A stretch of 64,000 nt of DNA. Origin: an uncultured Gemmatimonadaceae bacterium (GTDB taxonomy: Bacteria > Gemmatimonadota > Gemmatimonadetes > Gemmatimonadales > Gemmatimonadaceae). The notes beneath the pieces were generated by a model. That model searched no databases and was not told where the DNA came from. It saw nothing but the letters and a program-made list of their open reading frames with translations. Within the stretch, counting starts at the first letter, position 1, and every line of letters starts with the position of its first letter. Position numbers and translations under genes: made by a program. Positions 61,901-64,000 of this stretch are shown here, piece by piece. The DNA is taken from NCBI GenBank assembly GCA_963817955.1, contig CAWFQK010000005.1:32001-96000 (forward strand), given 5' to 3'.

Positions 61901-63638
61901 CGCGCTCGGCGAGGATCTTGTTCGCCACATCGACGAACGGACGCCGCGTCAGGAGTCCCGTGAGGTCGTCGCTCGGGCCGGAGACACTGAGATCGCGCGC
62001 GGCCGTCCTGTCGGCCGCCGGCGCGTCGTGCGCCGGCGTGTTGTGAATCACCCGTTGCCGCAGCGACGGCGCACGCGTGCGCATCAGGTCTTCAAAGAAT
62101 CCGAACAGCTCCGGATCGAACTGCTTGCCCACGTCGGCACGCATGATCTCCAGGGCAGCCTCGTGGGCAAGCGCGCCCTTGTAGCTGCGCTTGGAAGTGA
62201 GCGCATCGTAGACATCGGCGATGCACAGCATGCGCGCGGCACGCGGAATATCCTCACCGGCGAGTTGATCGGGGTAGCCCTGTCCATCCCAGCGCTCGTG
62301 GTGCGAGCGCACCATCGGCACGACATCGCCCGGGAAGTCCATGTCGGCGAGCATTTCGACGCCGGCGAGTGGGTGGCGCTTGATCAATTCCCACTCATCG
62401 GGCGACAGCTTGCCGGGTTTGTTCAGGATCTCCGGCGGAATGATGAGCTTGCCTACGTCGTGCACGATGGCGCCAATACGGAACCAGAACAACTCGCGCG
62501 GCGACAACCCGGCACGCAGCGCCAGCGCGCACGACAGATCCGCCACGCGCTCGCAGTGCCCCTGGGTGTACCGGTCCTTCGATTCGATCGATCCGCTCCA
62601 GTGGCGAACCGCATCAATGAAGTGGCGCTCGAGACGGGCGTTGCGCCGATCGATATCGGCGAGGTCGCGCTTGGCGCTGAGCTGCGTGAAGATGCGGTGA
62701 CCGCGATTGAGGTGCATGAGCGCATCGCGGTGGCGTCCCTGTTTTCGGCACAGCTCCGCGTGCTCGCGCGCCGTTTCGGCGGAAAGCAGCAGATCGCGTC
62801 GATCCACGGCAACGGACTGCGCGCGGTGCAGGTGCTCCTCGGCCACCGCAAATTCACCCATCTCGCGCGCCACCGTGCCGAGGTGCTTCTCGATCTCCCC
62901 TAGGGCGAACGCGTCCTGCGTCTGCGCGGACAACGATGACGCGAGTTCGCACGACTTGCGCGCTGCCGCATAGTCGCCGCGGGCAATCTCCAGCTCGGCC
63001 CGGTTCACCTCCAACAACACGCGGGCAGGAATGTCGCCGAGCGCATCGGCAATCTGCACCCCCTCCTCAAAGGCGCGCGATGCATCTTCCCAACGCTCGA
63101 GGTCTGTGCAGAGCATGCCCATGTTATTGAGTGCCATGAGCACTTCCTTGGGCGCTCCGAGCGTACGAAATTCGGACAGACTGGTGCGATAGTATCGCAG
63201 CGTCTTGTCGTGATCGCCGCGCGTTTGGGCGATGACGCCAAGGTTCAAGGCGGTCATCGCGGCCAGCCGCGTCTCGCCAGCGTCTATCGCGTGCGAGCGA
63301 GCCTCGAGGTAGAGCGCCTCGGCCGTATCGAGTTCACCGCGCTGCTGATAAACGATTGCCTTGACGTTGATCGCGTGGCCAATGCCGCTGGGATCGCCAG
63401 CCAGCTCGGCGATGGCGATCGCTGCCTCGAGGCAATCGAGTGCCGCGTCGGCGTCGGCGTCGGCGCCGACCTGATACGTACGAGCCACCCAGCGAAGCAG
63501 CGATGACGCAACCTTGCCGTCCTGTACCCGCCTCAGCGAGTAGAGCGCCCGTTCATAGAGCGAGCGCGCATCGTCACGCCGCCCTTCTCGCTCGGCGAGT
63601 TGGGCTTGCTGAATGAGGACGTCGACCGGGAGATGCAT
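58914..63638 (-). CDS. Multidomain TPR / HD-GYP / GGDEF / STAND-type ATPase / TPR protein
   Basis: GHCERV, HDVGK, HHERWDGQGYP, ADVYDAL; DLTGL, FKHVNDTHGH, RYAGDEF; FVGREEE, GEAGVGKST, LLDDMQWSD, GNPL; TPR-like repeats at both ends. Confidence 0.9.
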   Translation of the reverse strand: MHLPVDVLIQQAQLAEREGRRDDARSLYERALYSLRRVQDGKVASSLLRWVARTYQVGADADADAALDCLEAAIAIAELAGDPSGIGHAINVKAIVYQQRGELDTAEALYLEARSHAIDAGETRLAAMTALNLGVIAQTRGDHDKTLRYYRTSLSEFRTLGAPKEVLMALNNMGMLCTDLERWEDASRAFEEGVQIADALGDIPARVLLEVNRAELEIARGDYAAARKSCELASSLSAQTQDAFALGEIEKHLGTVAREMGEFAVAEEHLHRAQSVAVDRRDLLLSAETAREHAELCRKQGRHRDALMHLNRGHRIFTQLSAKRDLADIDRRNARLERHFIDAVRHWSGSIESKDRYTQGHCERVADLSCALALRAGLSPRELFWFRIGAIVHDVGKLIIPPEILNKPGKLSPDEWELIKRHPLAGVEMLADMDFPGDVVPMVRSHHERWDGQGYPDQLAGEDIPRAARMLCIADVYDALTSKRSYKGALAHEAALEIMRADVGKQFDPELFGFFEDLMRTRAPSLRQRVIHNTPAHDAPAADRTAARDLSVSGPSDDLTGLLTRRPFVDVANKILAERGPFATVSLIVIDVDEFKHVNDTHGHLQGDAVLRVVAGTLREIASAAGIIGRYAGDEFIILLPHMQITEAAELAERIRGTVRRASVPLRERSGSISVTMSIGVAAARAEHNDFDALFEAADRALYEAKRRGRDTVVSASESEEESREPAINLQQFVGREEELDRLIRWLDSTLEGGPQLVCVIGEAGVGKSTLVRRLTNEVRLRTGSLVSGRCSEADAKAPYAPWAEAITAIHQLGVVADQEWRELSRLVPALETSVHEPTGNKYILFDEIVAFLRLAASARPIIVLLDDMQWSDSATWDVLEHVVAQLETERILICLTMRAEETHGEASERRNRLLRDERFHEIALPRLTEAELRVWLLNVFGGDASPEVLAYLQRYSEGNPLLATQLVRMLTDDGAVRYEHGRWALRPEREGDLPAAVTGLMDRRLERLSDGTRRILNTAAVIGRVFDIDLTMAAGAGNEDDVLDALDEGIAHAVVEPWQEKTGSAFSFTHGLLVDAVRRAINPRRLARIHERIAAALEQRTPGNAAEIATHYHQAGLPQKAYGHAMTAGTAALSMYAHSEARQFFEIAEQTASDPEQRGGALHYLAEVAETEGRYALTEELCDRALAGLAGRSENHAILGLRRMRERTRALQGQPAGETIAACRELLTLARQLLDRSEEAALLNMISQYQGRLGEWREAEQMARDAVAAAEQADDGRLLAEALTRLGTSMIDRRSREAGDFYQRALSLFRTAGDRCGEARCHINIGIIHQRAGEVTAAEGAYDHALEAANSAHAVDLAGLAALNLGVLYLRRGQLDLASERYDQALARFTESSNESHRLATLYNMAHLAREAEDWATASALYDQVLAVAGRIGQPDVELGARAGQALAALAVGARSVAEDAMRWIRANVEPRPDWWFQGRDLVDALRIRLAAERGDYAHAMRLLHEAVAIASRHDPYVAAYLVAECAPSLHCATDALLELIDQISPEVEALGFVGVAARLSALHVTLVGASAA

Positions 63639-63684
63639 CGTCGCAAACCACGCTGTGGGTGAACAGCCGGGAAGAACGCGGACA

Positions 63685-63714
63685 GTGGAGGCACGTGTAG
63701 TCACATGCCTCCAC
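63685..63714 (-). other. 13-bp RNA hairpin between the peptide ORF and the giant gene
   Basis: Minus strand GTGGAGGCATGTG-acta-CACGTGCCTCCAC, fully paired with one G.U only on this strand; no U tract. Confidence 0.7.
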
Positions 63715-63732
63715 CATCAGTATCGGCAGCTT

Positions 63733-63831
63733 TCAGCCGGACGCGAGCATATACCCGGAGAAATGCCAGATATCGAAAGTCACTTGATTGCTCCACGGGG
63801 AAAGGTCGGCGTTGGGCAGGTCGTTGATCAT
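63733..63831 (-). CDS. Putative short peptide MINDLPNADLSPWSNQVTFDIWHFSGYMLASG
   Basis: 32 codons (or 61 from ATG 63918), co-oriented with the giant gene, followed by a hairpin; no clear ribosome-binding site. Confidence 0.45.
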   Translation of the reverse strand: MINDLPNADLSPWSNQVTFDIWHFSGYMLASG

Positions 63832-64000
63832 GGCATTACCGTGGATCAGGTCGATCGCGGAGAACCGGGTGGGTTCCGGTCTGCGACGGTAGTTTGAGGC
63901 CCTTGACATTGATGACATTCGTCATGGAACTCGTGTCGATGCAATCCGGATCATCTGGCGTCGGATCGCAGGCTGTGCCGGCGGCCACATTGTAGCCGCT

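Noticed and set aside
60696..62903. 735-aa plus-strand ORF
   Set aside because: Antisense shadow of the giant signalling gene

Overview
GC-rich (roughly 65% by eye) bacterial chromosomal window. The gene set and hypothetical proteins look like Gemmatimonadota (inference, not verified). In order it contains: a partial M24 peptidase; a small ketosynthase/cyclase/methyltransferase/oxidoreductase cluster plus an aquaporin, bracketed by inverted ~210-bp palindromic repeats, the second copy interrupted by an IS481-family element; two adjacent 21-bp tandem arrays; a ccmABCD-cobA/hemD-hemC-hemB heme operon (hemB frameshifted, CobA half-deleted); acs; DsbA/VKOR; csp-rpsU; a complete cbb3 oxidase operon (fused ccoNO, Q, P, G, H, DsbD_2-like, I, S); an M16 peptidase; TPR proteins; psuG; a class D sortase with an adjacent putative substrate; a kynureninase-like enzyme and permease; a patatin-ferredoxin fusion; M20 and S9 peptidases; acnA; glycerate kinase; aguB/aguA; and a signalling locus (short peptide ORF, TPR-HD-GYP-GGDEF-STAND-TPR giant, GAFTGA-less enhancer-binding protein). 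The two best candidates for new biology are (1) a ~75-nt structured RNA motif present twice (21411-21486 +, 22825-22896 -), each copy directly behind its own sigma70-like promoter, and (2) the peptide/TPR-c-di-GMP-STAND module at the right end. No tRNA, rRNA or CRISPR array was recognised.
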